Counted from the whole stretch's first letter, positions 8,276-20,849 are shown. The stretch: 61,860 bases of DNA, filler included, from a bacterium (GCA_027063545.1; 13 parts of 13 records of this genome joined end to end with filler, not necessarily neighbours in it); one strand, 5' to 3'. Numbers and translations are program-made. The notes: generated by a model from the letters alone, not told the origin.

Positions 8276-10675
8276 TTATATTCTTAAATCAATATTTAAA
8301 TTTTTTCTACAAGCCTTTATAATGTTCTCAAAATATTTATCTATTTCTTTGTCTGTAAATGTTTTATCTTTTGGTTTAAAGTACATTCTATATGAAATAG
8401 AACGTACGTTTTTTCCTAATTTTTCACTTTCATAGTAATCTACTTCTTCTACTTTATATATATATGGACCTCCATTTTTTAATATAGTTTCTCTTACCTT
8501 TTCTGATGGAATACTAAATGGAACTATAAAAGCTAAATCTCTCCATACTATTGGAAATTTTGGAATAGGTTCATATTTAATTTCCTTTTTGTTATCTAAT
8601 ATTTCCTTATAAAATATTTCAAAAAAGAAAATATTCTTTTCTATATCATATTCTTCTAAAATATCTGAAGATAAACGCCCTATTATCCCTATTACCCTTC
8701 CATTCAACAAAATTTCTTCTGATAAATCAAAACCTGATAATATAACTCTATTATAAGATAACTGAGTAAAATCTAAATCTAAAATATTTAAAATACCCTC
8801 TAAAATACCTTTTACATCAAAATAATCTAACTCTTCTTTATCTTTTGTTGCCCAGTTTAGATAAAATCTCTTTCCTGATAAAATAACCCCTAAAACAGGT
8901 ATCTCTTTAGAATAAAAATCTTCTCTTTCATCTTTTCCATAAATAAAACCAAATTCAAATAATCTAAAATCATCATTATAATGATGAATATTATGCTCAG
9001 CTATTTTTAGCATAGAAGGAAGCATACTTGTCCTTAAGTGTGTCATACCCTTTGTTAAAGAATTAGCTAATTCTATAATTTCTAAATTATAATAATTAAA
9101 AAATTCAGCCTCTCTCTTATTAACAAGTGTTGTTGTATAAATTTCTCTTAATCCTAATCCCCTTAAACTCTTTTTTATATCATAAATCTTTCTATCAAAA
9201 ACATCATCATCTGAAATATACTCACTACCTCCAAAAGGCAATTTTGATTCTATATTTTCATAACCATAAATCCTAGCTATTTCTTCATAAATATCTTCTT
9301 TTATAGATATATCAACTCTAAATGTGGGAATCTTTACTTTATAAAAAGAGATTTTCTTTTCAAGAATGCTAAAACCTAAACCTTTTAATATGTTTTCTGT
9401 CTTCTCTTCTGTAATATCAATATCTATTCTTTCTCTTAACTCTTGCAAGTCAAATTCTACTTCTTTTTCTTCTATTTTCTCAGGATAGATATCTCCTATC
9501 TCAATAACCTCTCCACCTGCCACTTCAAGAATTAAATCAATAGCATAACTTAAAGCCTTCTTAACTCCATTTGGATCTATTCCTCTCTCAAATCTATAAC
9601 TAGAATCTGTTGATACTCCTAACTTCTTTGATCCTCTTCTTATAACCACAGGATCAAAGTAAGCACATTCAAGTAAAATATTGGTAGTAGTTTCAGAAAT
9701 AGCACTTACCTCTCCACCAATTATACCCGCAATTGCCACAGGCTTTTTTTCATCTCTTATTGTTAAAATACTACTATCTAATTTATAAGTATATGAATTT
9801 AAAGCTAAAATCTCCTCTCCATCTTTTGCCCAATCAACAATTATCCTCTCACCATCTAACTTATCAAAATCAAAAGCATGCATTGGATGATTAAGCTCAA
9901 ATAATACTAAATTTGTTATATCAACAATATTATTTATAGAATTTGCTCCTACAGAATTTAATTTTTTCACCAACCAACTTGGTGAAGGCCCTATCTTAAC
10001 ATTCTTAATTATAGCATAAGCATATCTTGGATTTGCTTTAGTATCCCTTACTTCAACCCTATTATTATGATAATTTAAGTTCTCTTTTTCCTCTATCTTC
10101 TTATCTCTAAACTCTCTTTCTATAATTGGAGAAAGCTCCCTTGCAATTCCCCTTACAGACAAAGCATCGGGTCTATTTGGTGTAATTTCTATATCTATAA
10201 CATCAATTAATCCAACAACCTCATAAAAATCCTTTCCTATATCTTTTTCTTTAACTCCTTCCTTTTTTAAATCCCAGATTCCAAAAGATTCCTCCTCAAA
10301 ACCTAACTCTTTTTTAGAGCAAAGCATTCCAAATGATTCAACTCCCCTTAACTTAGCCTTTTTTATCTTAAATCCTTCACCAAAATCCGCCCCTATTAAA
10401 GCAACGGGCACAAGCATCCCTTCATAAACATTAGAAGCACCTGTTACTATCTGAAGAACCTCATTTCCAACATTAACCTGGCATATCTGAAGTTTGTCAG
10501 CATTTGGATGCTTTTCTAGTTTTTCTATCTTTCCTATTTTTATATTATTAACCCTCTTACCTATAGTAGAAGCCTCTGCCTCGATTCCTCTTATTGAAAG
10601 AAGATAAGCAAGTTCCTTGGCAGAATAACCATCTATATCTATAAACTCTTTTAGCCAAAAAAGTGGAACCCTCAT
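8276..10675 (-). CDS. pheT: Phenylalanyl-tRNA synthetase beta subunit
   Basis: Motifs KHPNADKL, ITPNRPDALS, SINNIVDITN, TDSSYRFERG; C-terminal FDX-ACB domain. Confidence 0.97.
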   Translation of the reverse strand: MRVPLFWLKEFIDIDGYSAKELAYLLSIRGIEAEASTIGKRVNNIKIGKIEKLEKHPNADKLQICQVNVGNEVLQIVTGASNVYEGMLVPVALIGADFGEGFKIKKAKLRGVESFGMLCSKKELGFEEESFGIWDLKKEGVKEKDIGKDFYEVVGLIDVIDIEITPNRPDALSVRGIARELSPIIEREFRDKKIEEKENLNYHNNRVEVRDTKANPRYAYAIIKNVKIGPSPSWLVKKLNSVGANSINNIVDITNLVLFELNHPMHAFDFDKLDGERIIVDWAKDGEEILALNSYTYKLDSSILTIRDEKKPVAIAGIIGGEVSAISETTTNILLECAYFDPVVIRRGSKKLGVSTDSSYRFERGIDPNGVKKALSYAIDLILEVAGGEVIEIGDIYPEKIEEKEVEFDLQELRERIDIDITEEKTENILKGLGFSILEKKISFYKVKIPTFRVDISIKEDIYEEIARIYGYENIESKLPFGGSEYISDDDVFDRKIYDIKKSLRGLGLREIYTTTLVNKREAEFFNYYNLEIIELANSLTKGMTHLRTSMLPSMLKIAEHNIHHYNDDFRLFEFGFIYGKDEREDFYSKEIPVLGVILSGKRFYLNWATKDKEELDYFDVKGILEGILNILDLDFTQLSYNRVILSGFDLSEEILLNGRVIGIIGRLSSDILEEYDIEKNIFFFEIFYKEILDNKKEIKYEPIPKFPIVWRDLAFIVPFSIPSEKVRETILKNGGPYIYKVEEVDYYESEKLGKNVRSISYRMYFKPKDKTFTDKEIDKYFENIIKACRKNLNIDLRI

Positions 10676-10707
10676 ATTATTCCTTTCTCCTTCTCTATTA
10701 TCAAAAA

Positions 10708-10896
<189 letters not shown>

Positions 10897-10996
10897 NNNN
10901 NNNNNNNNNNNNNNNNNNNNNNNNNNNNNNNNNNNNNNNNTTAATTAATTAANNNNNNNNNNNNNNNNNNNNNNNNNNNNNNNNNNNNNNNNNNNN

Positions 10997-11424
10997 GCTC
11001 CCATTCTATCCATTTTATTAACAAAAGCAATACGAGGAACTCTATACTTATCAGCCTGACGCCAAACAGTTTCACTTTGAGATTCTACTCCTCCTACAGC
11101 TTCAAAAATCACCACAGCACCATCTAAAACCCTCAATGATCTTTCTACCTCTGCCGTAAAATCTACGTGACCTGGAGTATCTATAATATTTATTATATGT
11201 TCTTTCCATTGACATTGTACAGCCGCTGAAGTAATTGTAATACCTCTTTCCTTTTCTTGTTCCATCCAGTCTGTAGTGGCTGCCCCATCATGAACTTCAC
11301 CAATCTTATGAATAAGACCTGTATAATACAAAATTCTTTCTGTAGTTGTTGTTTTACCAGCATCAATATGAGCAATAATACCAATATTTCTAATTTTTTC
11401 CAAATTATATTTATACTCAGCCAT
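10997..11424 (-). CDS. fusA: Elongation factor G (3' truncated)
   Basis: [39 protein letters not shown]; follows rpsG. Confidence 0.97.
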
Positions 11425-11441
11425 CCATCCTCTCCTTTATT

Positions 11442-11912
11442 TTACCACTTAAAGTGTGCAAATGCTCTATTTGCTTCTGCCATTCTATGAACATTTTGTT
11501 TTATCTTAACCGCTGCACCTTCATTTCTATATGCAGCCATAAGTTCTTCAGCCAATCTTTGAGCCATAGGTTTACCTTTTTTCTCTTGAGCAGATGTAAT
11601 TATCCATCTAATAGCTAAAGATAATCTTCTCTCTGGTCTAACTTCTACAGGGATTTGATAATTTGCCCCACCTATTCTTCTTGTTCTCACCTCTAACTTA
11701 GGTTTTACATTTTCAATTGCCTTATTAAAAACATCTAAAGGATTCATACCCATTTTTTCTTCAATTATACCCATAGCATCATAAAAAACTTTCATTGCTG
11801 TTGTTTTTTTACCATCCTTCATTAGTCTATTAATAAATTTTGTAATTATAACACTATTATAAACAGGATCTGGCTTAATTCTTAACCATGGTTTTACTTT
11901 CTTCTTAGCCAT
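11442..11912 (-). CDS. rpsG: 30S ribosomal protein S7
   Basis: RRIGGANYQIPVEV and HRMAEANRAFAHF. Confidence 0.98.
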   Translation of the reverse strand: MAKKKVKPWLRIKPDPVYNSVIITKFINRLMKDGKKTTAMKVFYDAMGIIEEKMGMNPLDVFNKAIENVKPKLEVRTRRIGGANYQIPVEVRPERRLSLAIRWIITSAQEKKGKPMAQRLAEELMAAYRNEGAAVKIKQNVHRMAEANRAFAHFKW

Positions 11913-11927
11913 ATCTTATCTCCATTA

Positions 11928-12302
11928 TTATTCTTTTGGTTTTTTTACTCCATATCTAGAACGAGATTTTCTTCTTCCTTCTACCCCTGCTGTATCTAAA
12001 GCTCCTCTTATTATATGATATCTAACACCTGGTAAATCCTTAACTCTTCCACCCTCTACTAATACTATTGAGTGTTCCTGTAAATTATGTCCTTCTCCCG
12101 GAATATATGCTGTAACTTCATAACCATTAGATAATCTCACTCTTGCTATCTTTCTCAACGCAGAATTAGGTTTCTTAGGGGTCATAGTTGTTACTCTTAC
12201 ACATACCCCTCTTTTTTGAGGTGATCCTTGTAAAGCTCTCGCTCTTATTTTTTTCTTCTTTGGTTCTCTTCCATATCTCACTAATTGATTAATGGTTGGC
12301 AA
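11928..12302 (-). CDS. rpsL: 30S ribosomal protein S12
   Basis: [35 protein letters not shown] start. Confidence 0.98.
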   Translation of the reverse strand: MPTINQLVRYGREPKKKKIRARALQGSPQKRGVCVRVTTMTPKKPNSALRKIARVRLSNGYEVTAYIPGEGHNLQEHSIVLVEGGRVKDLPGVRYHIIRGALDTAGVEGRRKSRSRYGVKKPKE

Positions 12303-12340
12303 CTTATTCCTCCTGTTTTCTACTTTTTTGGGACTTTGTA

Positions 12341-12369
12341 AATATAGTTTTTTTACTATTAAATGTCAA
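12341..12369 (-). promoter_or_regulatory. Sigma70-type promoter of the rpsL (str) operon
   Basis: TTGACA-17 nt-TATATT on the minus strand in the rpoC-rpsL gap. Confidence 0.7.
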
Positions 12370-12390
12370 AAGTTTTTTTATTGTAATGTG

Positions 12391-15300
12391 TTAAAAATCA
12401 TTGAAGTTTTCTTCCTCTCCTCCAAAACTACCTATTTCTTCCTCTACGTCAGTCTGTTCAATCTCATCAACTAACTTGATATTTTTATATCTCTTATTTC
12501 CTGTACCTGCAGGAATTAATCTACCTATAATTACATTCTCTTTTAATCCTCTAAGTTCATCTACTTTTCCTGATATTGCAGCATTTGTTAATACTCTTGA
12601 TGTCTCTTGGAATGATGCTGCAGAAATAAATGACTCTGTCATAAGTGCTGTTTTTGTTATTCCTAATAACACGGGTTCATATTCTGCAGGTCTTTTACCT
12701 TCAGCTAATACTTTTTTATTCTCTTCCAATACAATATGTCTATCAACAAAATCACCTTCTAAGAATTGTGTATCATTTGATTTTGTAATTCTAACTTTTT
12801 TCATCATTTGGCGGATAATACACTCTATATGTTTATCATTAATACTAACACCTTGTATTCTATAAACATCCTGAATTTCATTCAATAAGAACTCTTGTAC
12901 AGCATTTATACCTTTAATTTTTAAAATATCATGTGGAGATACAGGACCTTCACACAATTTTTCTCCAGCCTTTACCTTATGTCCATCATATACTAAAATA
13001 TGTCTACCTGCTGGTATAAAATACTCATGAACATTTCCTTCTTCATCTACTATTTCTATTTTTCTTTGTCTTCTTACAATTTCTTTTATATGTACTATTC
13101 CATCAACTTCTGCAATTATAGCTTTATTTTCGCTTTCTTTAGCTTCAAATAATTCTGCAACCCTTGGAAGACCACCAGTAATATCTGTAGTCTTACCTGA
13201 TTCTCTAGGAAGCTTAGCTAAAATATCTCCAGGATAAACTTCTTGACCATCTTTCACAGCTAATCTTGCCCCTACAGGTAATGAATAGGTTTTTATTACT
13301 TCTCCATCCTCATCCACTATTTCTATATATGGGAATCTATCTTTATATTCTATAATTACCCATTCTTCTATGTTAGTTGTCTCATCTTTTTCTACCTGAT
13401 ATGTATCATTTTCTATTAAGTTTTTAAATACAACTTTTCCTTTAACATCTGTAATTATTGGAATATTATATGGGTCCCATTCATATAATTTTTGTCCTTC
13501 TTTTACTTTTTGTCCATCTTCAACAAAAAGAATAGCACCCATTGGTAATTCGATTTTTGTTTTTTCTAAATTAGTATTTTCGTCAATAATTGAAAGTTCT
13601 CCATTTCTATTTAATACTATTTTCTTACCATCTTTATTCTGTACTATTTCTATATTTTCAAGTTTTACTATACCATCTGTTTTACTAGAAATTTCTCTTT
13701 CTGCAGCAATACGCGCAGCAGTACCTCCCACGTGGAATGTTCTAAGAGTAAGCTGTGTTCCAGGCTCACCAATAGATTGAGCTGCAATAACTCCAACAGC
13801 ATCTCCTATTTCAGCTAATTTTCCTGTTCCTGGGAAGATACCATAACACTTTTGACAAATCCCGTATTTAGATTCACAAGTCAACACACTTCTTACCATC
13901 ACACTTTCAATACCTGCTTCTTCTATCTTCTTTGCCTTTTCTTTAGTTATTAATTCTCCAGAAGCAACAATAACCTCTCCTGTTATTGGATGATAAATAT
14001 CTTTTAAAACAAATCTACCTTCTATTCTTTCAGATAAAGGTACAACTATTTCATCACCTTGTTTTATTACTGATACCTTTATTCCTCTTATAGTTCCACA
14101 ATCATGCTCTGTAACAATTAAATCTTGAGCCACATCAACTAATCTTCTCGTTAAATATCCAGCATCTGCTGTTTTTAAAGCTGTATCAGCCAATCCTTTT
14201 CTAGCTCCATGAGTTGAAATAAAATATTCAAGAACATTTAATCCTTCTTTAAAGTTTGAAATAATAGGATTTTCAACGATAGCCTCTTCTGTTAATTTTT
14301 TCTTAGGCTTTGCCATCAATCCTCTCATACCAGCAAGCTGTCTTATCTGTTCTTTACTACCTCTAGCACCAGAGTGAGCCATCATCCATAAAGGATTAAA
14401 TCCATCTCTTGATTTTTCTAAGTGTTTCATCAAATGCTCTGTAATTCTATTAGTTGTATGTGTCCATATATCTATAATTCTAGAATAACGTTCTCTTTCT
14501 GTCATAAATCCCATTTCATAACTTTCTTTAATTTCTTCTACTTCTTTTAGTGATTCTTCTATTAACTTTTGCTTTTCTTCGGGAACTTCTATATCATCTA
14601 TTCCTAATGAAATTCCACTTCTAGTTGCCCATTCAAACCCTAAATCTTTCAAGTCATCTAAGAATTTAATATATCTTGTATGAGATTCCTTACTATAAAC
14701 CTCATATACTAAAGCTGTTAATTTTTTCTTTGTCATTTCATCATTAATAAAATCAATGCTCTCTGGCACAATAGAATTAAATACTAATCTTCCATATGTA
14801 GTTTCTATTACTTTATCTCTAACTTTTACAAAAATCTTAGCATGTAATGAAATTATACCATTTTCATAGGCAAAAGTAGCCTCTTCAAATGAAGAAAATT
14901 TCTTTCCCTCTCCTTTAGCCTTTTCTTTCACTTTTGTTAAATAATAAGAACCTAAAACTGTATCCTGAGAAGGTACAGCCAATGGTCTTCCACTAGCAGG
15001 AGAAAGTGTATTGTTACTTGATAGCATAATTATTCTTGCTTCAAACTGAGCCTCAAAAGATAGAGGTACATGAATAGCCATTTGGTCCCCATCAAAATCT
15101 GCATTAAACGCTGAACAGACAAATGGAGAAAGTCTTATTGCTAAATCATCTGTTAATTTTACATAAAAAGCCTGAATACTTACTCTGTGAAGTGTTGGTG
15201 CACGATTGAGTAAAATTGGATGATCCTCTAATATCTCTTCCAATATTTCCCAAATTTCTTCAGATTCTTCAGCTATCATTCTTTTAGCAACTCTAATACT

Positions 15301-16479
15301 TTGAGAATATCCTTTTTCTTCTAATTTTGCAATAACAAAAGGCTTAAATAATTCAAGAGCCATTACCTTAGGAACACCTGCTTCAAAAATCTTAAGTTCT
15401 GGCCCTACTACAATTACAGAACGTCCAGAATAATCAACTCTTTTACCCAAAAGATTCTGACGAAATCTTCCCTTTTTACCTTTTAACATTTCAGATAAAG
15501 ATTTTAAAGGCCTTCTATTTTCCCCTTTATAAACAAATTTTCTCTTACCATTATCTATTAATGCGTCAACTGCTTCTTGAAGCATTCTCTTTTCATTTCT
15601 CAAAATTATATCAGGAGCATCTATCTCTATTAATTTCTTTAATCTATTATTTCTATTTATAACTCTTCTATATAAATCATTCAAATCACTAGAAGCAAAT
15701 CTACCACCTTCAAGAGGAACTAATGGTCTAAGCTCTGGTGGTAATACTGGTAATACTTCATATACCATCCATTCTGGTCTATTACCTGAATGTCTTAATC
15801 TATCAATGACTTTTAATCTTTTTAAAAGAACTTGCCTTTTTTGTTCAGATTGCTCTAATTCTATTTTTGTTTTTAAATCAATTACTTCCTTTTCCAGCTC
15901 AATTTCTTGAAGAAGTTTTTTTATAGCCTCTCCACCCATTAAAGCTTCAAATTCATATCCTTGTTCTCTTAATTCTTCATACTCTTCTTCTGTTAAAAGT
16001 TGAAGCCTTTTCAAAGGTGCATTCCCAGGATCAGTCACTATATATGCTTCATAATAAATTACCTGTTCCAATGCCTTAGATGTAATATTTAAAAGAGTTG
16101 CTATAATTGAAGGAGTATTTGTATAAAACCATATATGAACAACAGGTATTGCTAACTCAATATGCCCCATTCTTTCTCTTCTAACTCTATGAGTTGTTAC
16201 CTCAACACCACATTTATCACATATTATTCCTTTATATCTTATTCTTTTATATTTTCCACAAGCACATTCATAATCTTTTACAGGTCCAAATATTCTTTCA
16301 CAAAATAATCCATCAAATTCTGGTTTATAAGTCTTATAATTTATAGTTTCTGGTTTTTTAACTTCACCATAAGACCACTTTCTAATTACTTCTGGTGAGG
16401 CTAATTTTATATATATTTTAGAAAATTCATCTGTTTTGTCTTTATTTGAAAATGGCTCAAATAATAATTTTATAGACAC
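12391..16479 (-). CDS. rpoC: RNA polymerase beta' subunit
   Basis: NADFDGDQM catalytic motif, Zn-finger cysteines, [13 protein letters not shown]. Confidence 0.99.
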   Translation of the reverse strand: MSIKLLFEPFSNKDKTDEFSKIYIKLASPEVIRKWSYGEVKKPETINYKTYKPEFDGLFCERIFGPVKDYECACGKYKRIRYKGIICDKCGVEVTTHRVRRERMGHIELAIPVVHIWFYTNTPSIIATLLNITSKALEQVIYYEAYIVTDPGNAPLKRLQLLTEEEYEELREQGYEFEALMGGEAIKKLLQEIELEKEVIDLKTKIELEQSEQKRQVLLKRLKVIDRLRHSGNRPEWMVYEVLPVLPPELRPLVPLEGGRFASSDLNDLYRRVINRNNRLKKLIEIDAPDIILRNEKRMLQEAVDALIDNGKRKFVYKGENRRPLKSLSEMLKGKKGRFRQNLLGKRVDYSGRSVIVVGPELKIFEAGVPKVMALELFKPFVIAKLEEKGYSQSIRVAKRMIAEESEEIWEILEEILEDHPILLNRAPTLHRVSIQAFYVKLTDDLAIRLSPFVCSAFNADFDGDQMAIHVPLSFEAQFEARIIMLSSNNTLSPASGRPLAVPSQDTVLGSYYLTKVKEKAKGEGKKFSSFEEATFAYENGIISLHAKIFVKVRDKVIETTYGRLVFNSIVPESIDFINDEMTKKKLTALVYEVYSKESHTRYIKFLDDLKDLGFEWATRSGISLGIDDIEVPEEKQKLIEESLKEVEEIKESYEMGFMTERERYSRIIDIWTHTTNRITEHLMKHLEKSRDGFNPLWMMAHSGARGSKEQIRQLAGMRGLMAKPKKKLTEEAIVENPIISNFKEGLNVLEYFISTHGARKGLADTALKTADAGYLTRRLVDVAQDLIVTEHDCGTIRGIKVSVIKQGDEIVVPLSERIEGRFVLKDIYHPITGEVIVASGELITKEKAKKIEEAGIESVMVRSVLTCESKYGICQKCYGIFPGTGKLAEIGDAVGVIAAQSIGEPGTQLTLRTFHVGGTAARIAAEREISSKTDGIVKLENIEIVQNKDGKKIVLNRNGELSIIDENTNLEKTKIELPMGAILFVEDGQKVKEGQKLYEWDPYNIPIITDVKGKVVFKNLIENDTYQVEKDETTNIEEWVIIEYKDRFPYIEIVDEDGEVIKTYSLPVGARLAVKDGQEVYPGDILAKLPRESGKTTDITGGLPRVAELFEAKESENKAIIAEVDGIVHIKEIVRRQRKIEIVDEEGNVHEYFIPAGRHILVYDGHKVKAGEKLCEGPVSPHDILKIKGINAVQEFLLNEIQDVYRIQGVSINDKHIECIIRQMMKKVRITKSNDTQFLEGDFVDRHIVLEENKKVLAEGKRPAEYEPVLLGITKTALMTESFISAASFQETSRVLTNAAISGKVDELRGLKENVIIGRLIPAGTGNKRYKNIKLVDEIEQTDVEEEIGSFGGEEENFNDF

Positions 16480-16515
16480 CTTTAGCCTCCATTTTTTTTA
16501 TTTTAGAAAATTTAA

Positions 16516-19500
16516 TTATTCTGCATATATGTTAATACCTATAGCTCTAATTTCACTTATTAATACTTTAAATGATTCTGGAATACCAAACTTAGGTAAG
16601 TTTTGACCTTTAACAATCGCTTCATAAACTTTTGTTCTACCTACAACATCATCAGATTTTACAGTTAATAATTCTTGTAATGTATATGCAGCTCCATATG
16701 CCTCAAGAGCCCAAACTTCCATTTCTCCAAATCTTTGACCACCAAATTGACTCTTACCACCTAATGGCTGTTGTGTAATTAAAGAATATGGTCCTATAGA
16801 ACGAGCATGTATCTTATCTGTTACTAAGTGATTTAATTTCATTATATACATTATACCTACAGTAACTTTATTATCAAAATATTCACCTGTCCTACCATCT
16901 CTTAATCTTACCTTACCATCTTCTGGAAGCCCTGCCTTCTTTAATTCTTCTTTAATAGTTTCTATAGAAGGTCCATTAAAAACTGGAACTTTTACATAAT
17001 ATCCTTGCTTATAAGCAGCCCAACCAAGATGTGTTTCTAATAATTGCCCAATATTCATACGAGAAGGAATTCCTAAAGGATTTAAAAGTACATCAATTGG
17101 AGTTCCATCATCCATAAATGGCATATCAGCAATACTAGCAATTTTTGATACAACACCTTTATTTCCATGACGTCCCGCTAATTTATCACCTACAGCCAAT
17201 TTTTTCTTTGTTGCTATATAAACTTTTACCAATTGAATTACGTCTGCCCGTAATTCATCACCTCTCATTTCCTTTTCAATTTCAATATTAAGTCTTGTTT
17301 CCAATTCTTGAATTAACTTTTTACTAGTCTCTATTACCTCTCTTATTTTAACATTAGTATCTTTATCATCTACTAATTCTTCACTTATATCTATTCTATC
17401 AAATGGTATTGACTCAATTACATCTTTAGTGAGTTTTGTGCCTTCTTTAATTAAAGGACGTTTGGTGTAAGAATCTACTATATTTTTACTTAATTTTCCT
17501 TCCATTAATTTTATTAAAGCTTCTATAGTCTTTTCTAAGACTCTTCTAATCTTAGATTCATATTCTTCTTTGATTTTATTTATTTTTTCCTTCTCTTGTT
17601 GTCTTGCACTCTTTGTTTCTTTCTTCCTAGAAAGAATCTTAGTATCTATTACAATACCTTTTACTCCAGGATCAACTCTTAAAGAAGTATCTTTTACATC
17701 ACTAGCTTTTTCTCCAAATATTGCCTTCAATAACTTCTCTTCTGGAGATAATTGTGTTTCTCCTTTAGGAGTAATCTTTCCTACTAAAATATCTCCAGGT
17801 TTTACCCTAGCACCTATTCTTATTATACCATTTTCATCTAAGTTTTTTACTAACTCCTCTGAGTAATTCGGAATTTCTCTAGTTATTTCTTCAGGACCTC
17901 TATTTGTGTCTCTTACTTCCACTTCATATTCTTCAATATGAATAGATGTTAATACATCATCATGTAAAATTCTTTCAGATACTATAATAGCATCCTCAAA
18001 ATTAAATCCCTGCCAACTCATAAAAGCAATAAACATGTTTCTACCAAGAGCAAGCTCACCTCTATCAGTTGCCATTCCATCAGCAATAACATCACCTGCC
18101 TTAACAATATCACCTTCTCTAACTAACGGACGTTGATTTATTGTTGTATTTTGATTTGATCTTTCAAATTTTCTTAGTACATATATATCTTCCTCAAATA
18201 AGTCTAATATATTATCATTAGAATCATCAGGTTTTATTATAATTTTTTCTGCATCAACATAAACAACTTTTCCTCCTCTTTTAGCTGTTACAACAGCTTT
18301 TATGTCAATAGAAGGCTTCTTTTCTCTTCCTGTACCTACAATAGGTGCCTCAGGTCTTAATAAAGGAACCGCTTGTCTTTGCATGTTTGAACCCATTAAA
18401 GCACGGTTAGCATCATCATGTTCTAAAAATGGAATTAATGATGCAGACACACCCACTAACTGATTAGTACTTACATCCATTAATTGGACATCTTTAGCTG
18501 AAACTAAAATTATTTCCCCCTTTTGTCTTGCAATAATATTTGAATCAATAATATTACCCTCATCATCAACATTTATATCAGCAGGTGCTATAATATATTC
18601 TTCTTCCTCATCTGCTGTTAAATATACTATCTCATCTGTAATTTTACCATCTACAACCTTTCTATATGGAGTAATTAAAAAACCATACTCATTTAGTCTA
18701 GCATAATTTGCTAAGGATACAATAAGTCCAATATTAGGACCTTCTGGCGTTTCTACCGGACATATTCTTCCATAGTGAGTATAATGAACGTCTCTTACCT
18801 CAAATCCTGCCCTTTCTCTATCAAGTCCTCCAGGTCCTAAAGAAGATAATCTCCTTTTATTAGTTAACTCTGCTAATGGATTGGTTTGATCCATAAATTG
18901 AGATAACTGAGATGTTTGAAAGAAACTCATTATAACAGTATAAACAGATCTAGCATTAACTAAATCATTAACATTTGTTATATCTTTTGTTGTTTTTAAT
19001 TTTTCTCTTATTTGTCTAACTAAACGATTTAACGCATCAGCAAATCTAAGTTCTAATAATTCTCCTACAGGTCTTACCCTTCTATTTGCTAAATGATCTA
19101 TATCATCTAACTCTTCATCATTATCATAGTAATACATTAATTTCTTTACTATTTCAACAATATCATCAACTGTTAATACATTCGAATCTATCTTTTTCCC
19201 TTCAAGACCTTCTGGATTACCATATAGTTTCATATTTAACCTATATCTTCCAATCTCGCCTAAATAATATGTCCTTTCTGAAAAGAAAATTCTATTCATC
19301 ATTTCTCTTGCAGCATTTTCACTCGGTAACTCACCTGTTCTTATTAAATTATATATAGTCTTCAAAGCATCTAAATAATCATTACACTTGTCTCCTACAA
19401 TTGTTTTATATACTAAATTTGTAGATTCTCTAGGATTTATATCCCAAACTTCTATCTCTTCTATACCTTTTTCTTTTAGATCTTCAAGTAAAGTCTCTGT

Positions 19501-20292
19501 AATAACCTCGTACTTTTCAGCTATAACTTCATCAGTTCTAGAATCTATAACCTCTTCTGCTAACACTTTACCAATTATATCTATAGGTTTATCGTCATTT
19601 ATATTAATAGTCTTTTTATTCAGGAAAAGTTCCATTAATTCTTCATTAGTAGAATATCCTAAAGGTCTCAATAATATTGTAACAGGAATTTTCTTATTTT
19701 TACCTAAATTAATATAAATTCCTGTAGAATCTATATAGAATTCAATCCAAGAACCTCTATAGGGAATTATTCTTGCTGAAATTACTCTCCTTCCATTCTG
19801 GATATCTTCAGAAAAGAATATACCAGCACTTCTATGAAGCTGTGATACTATTACTCTTTCATTTCCATTTATTATAAAAGAACCACTTTCTGTCATTAAA
19901 GGGATATCACCTAAGTATACTTCATTTGTTATCTTTTCTGCAAATTTTCTCTCCCCTGTTTTTTTATTAGTCTTATATTTTAAAAGAGAAAATTTTATCT
20001 TTAAAGGTGCACCATAAGTTAACCCTCTATCTTTACATTCTTTTATACTGTATTTTGGTATCCCAATATTATACCCCTCATATTCTAAAATATATTCTCC
20101 ATTATCTCCATCATCTATTGGAAAATTTTCTCTAAAAACAGCTTCTAATCCTTTATTTTCTCTTTTTTCAGGAGGAACATCTGGTTGAAGAAAATCTCTA
20201 TATGATTTTAATTGAATTTCTAATAAATTTTCTACATCAAATTCAAATTCTTTTTTCCCTAAAAATTTTCTTTCTATTGTTTTCCCTTCCAA
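16516..20292 (-). CDS. rpoB: RNA polymerase beta subunit
   Basis: SQFMDQTNPL, ETPEGPNIGLI, GDKLAGRHGNKG, GGQRFGEMEVWALEAYGA. Confidence 0.99.
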   Translation of the reverse strand: MEGKTIERKFLGKKEFEFDVENLLEIQLKSYRDFLQPDVPPEKRENKGLEAVFRENFPIDDGDNGEYILEYEGYNIGIPKYSIKECKDRGLTYGAPLKIKFSLLKYKTNKKTGERKFAEKITNEVYLGDIPLMTESGSFIINGNERVIVSQLHRSAGIFFSEDIQNGRRVISARIIPYRGSWIEFYIDSTGIYINLGKNKKIPVTILLRPLGYSTNEELMELFLNKKTININDDKPIDIIGKVLAEEVIDSRTDEVIAEKYEVITETLLEDLKEKGIEEIEVWDINPRESTNLVYKTIVGDKCNDYLDALKTIYNLIRTGELPSENAAREMMNRIFFSERTYYLGEIGRYRLNMKLYGNPEGLEGKKIDSNVLTVDDIVEIVKKLMYYYDNDEELDDIDHLANRRVRPVGELLELRFADALNRLVRQIREKLKTTKDITNVNDLVNARSVYTVIMSFFQTSQLSQFMDQTNPLAELTNKRRLSSLGPGGLDRERAGFEVRDVHYTHYGRICPVETPEGPNIGLIVSLANYARLNEYGFLITPYRKVVDGKITDEIVYLTADEEEEYIIAPADINVDDEGNIIDSNIIARQKGEIILVSAKDVQLMDVSTNQLVGVSASLIPFLEHDDANRALMGSNMQRQAVPLLRPEAPIVGTGREKKPSIDIKAVVTAKRGGKVVYVDAEKIIIKPDDSNDNILDLFEEDIYVLRKFERSNQNTTINQRPLVREGDIVKAGDVIADGMATDRGELALGRNMFIAFMSWQGFNFEDAIIVSERILHDDVLTSIHIEEYEVEVRDTNRGPEEITREIPNYSEELVKNLDENGIIRIGARVKPGDILVGKITPKGETQLSPEEKLLKAIFGEKASDVKDTSLRVDPGVKGIVIDTKILSRKKETKSARQQEKEKINKIKEEYESKIRRVLEKTIEALIKLMEGKLSKNIVDSYTKRPLIKEGTKLTKDVIESIPFDRIDISEELVDDKDTNVKIREVIETSKKLIQELETRLNIEIEKEMRGDELRADVIQLVKVYIATKKKLAVGDKLAGRHGNKGVVSKIASIADMPFMDDGTPIDVLLNPLGIPSRMNIGQLLETHLGWAAYKQGYYVKVPVFNGPSIETIKEELKKAGLPEDGKVRLRDGRTGEYFDNKVTVGIMYIMKLNHLVTDKIHARSIGPYSLITQQPLGGKSQFGGQRFGEMEVWALEAYGAAYTLQELLTVKSDDVVGRTKVYEAIVKGQNLPKFGIPESFKVLISEIRAIGINIYAE

Positions 20293-20350
20293 GACTCTTC
20301 TCCTTTAGTAGGAGTTTATAAATGTTTAATGACTAAATATAAATAAAATA

Positions 20351-20399
20351 AGAAGATACTTTCCTCCCCCCTTAAATCTAGGAGAGAAAAGTATCTTCT
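20351..20399 (-). terminator. Hairpin terminator/attenuator between rplL and rpoB
   Basis: On the minus strand, AGAAGATACTTTTCTCTCCT pairs with GGGGGAGGAAAGTATCTTCT and is followed by TATTTTATTT. Confidence 0.65.
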
Positions 20400-20431
20400 A
20401 TATAAAATAAAATCCTTTAATCATAGATGAA

Positions 20432-20815
20432 TTACTTAATTTCTACCTTAGCCCCTACAGCTTCTAATTTAGCTTTAATTTCTTCAGCTTCTTCTTTCTT
20501 TAATCCTTCTTTTAACACTTTAGGAGCACTTTCTACAACTTCTTTAGCTTCCTTTAACCCCAATCCTGTTATCTCTCTTACAACTTTTATAACTTTAACC
20601 TTTTCAGATCCTGCAGATACTAATTCAACAGAAAACTCTGTTTTTTCTTCTTGAGCACCAGCATCAGCACCTGCTGTACCTGGGACAGCAGCAACAGCTA
20701 CTGGAGCTGCAGCACTAACTCCAAATTCTTCTTCTAAAGCTTTAACTAATTCACTTAATTCTAAAACTGTTAATCCTTTGATTTCCTCAATGATTCCTTG
20801 AATCTTGTCGCTCAT
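20432..20815 (-). CDS. rplL: 50S ribosomal protein L7/L12
   Basis: [24 protein letters not shown] and [12 protein letters not shown]. Confidence 0.98.
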   Translation of the reverse strand: MSDKIQGIIEEIKGLTVLELSELVKALEEEFGVSAAAPVAVAAVPGTAGADAGAQEEKTEFSVELVSAGSEKVKVIKVVREITGLGLKEAKEVVESAPKVLKEGLKKEEAEEIKAKLEAVGAKVEIK

Positions 20816-20849
20816 CTTTATCTCCTCCCATTATATGTTATTTTTTATG

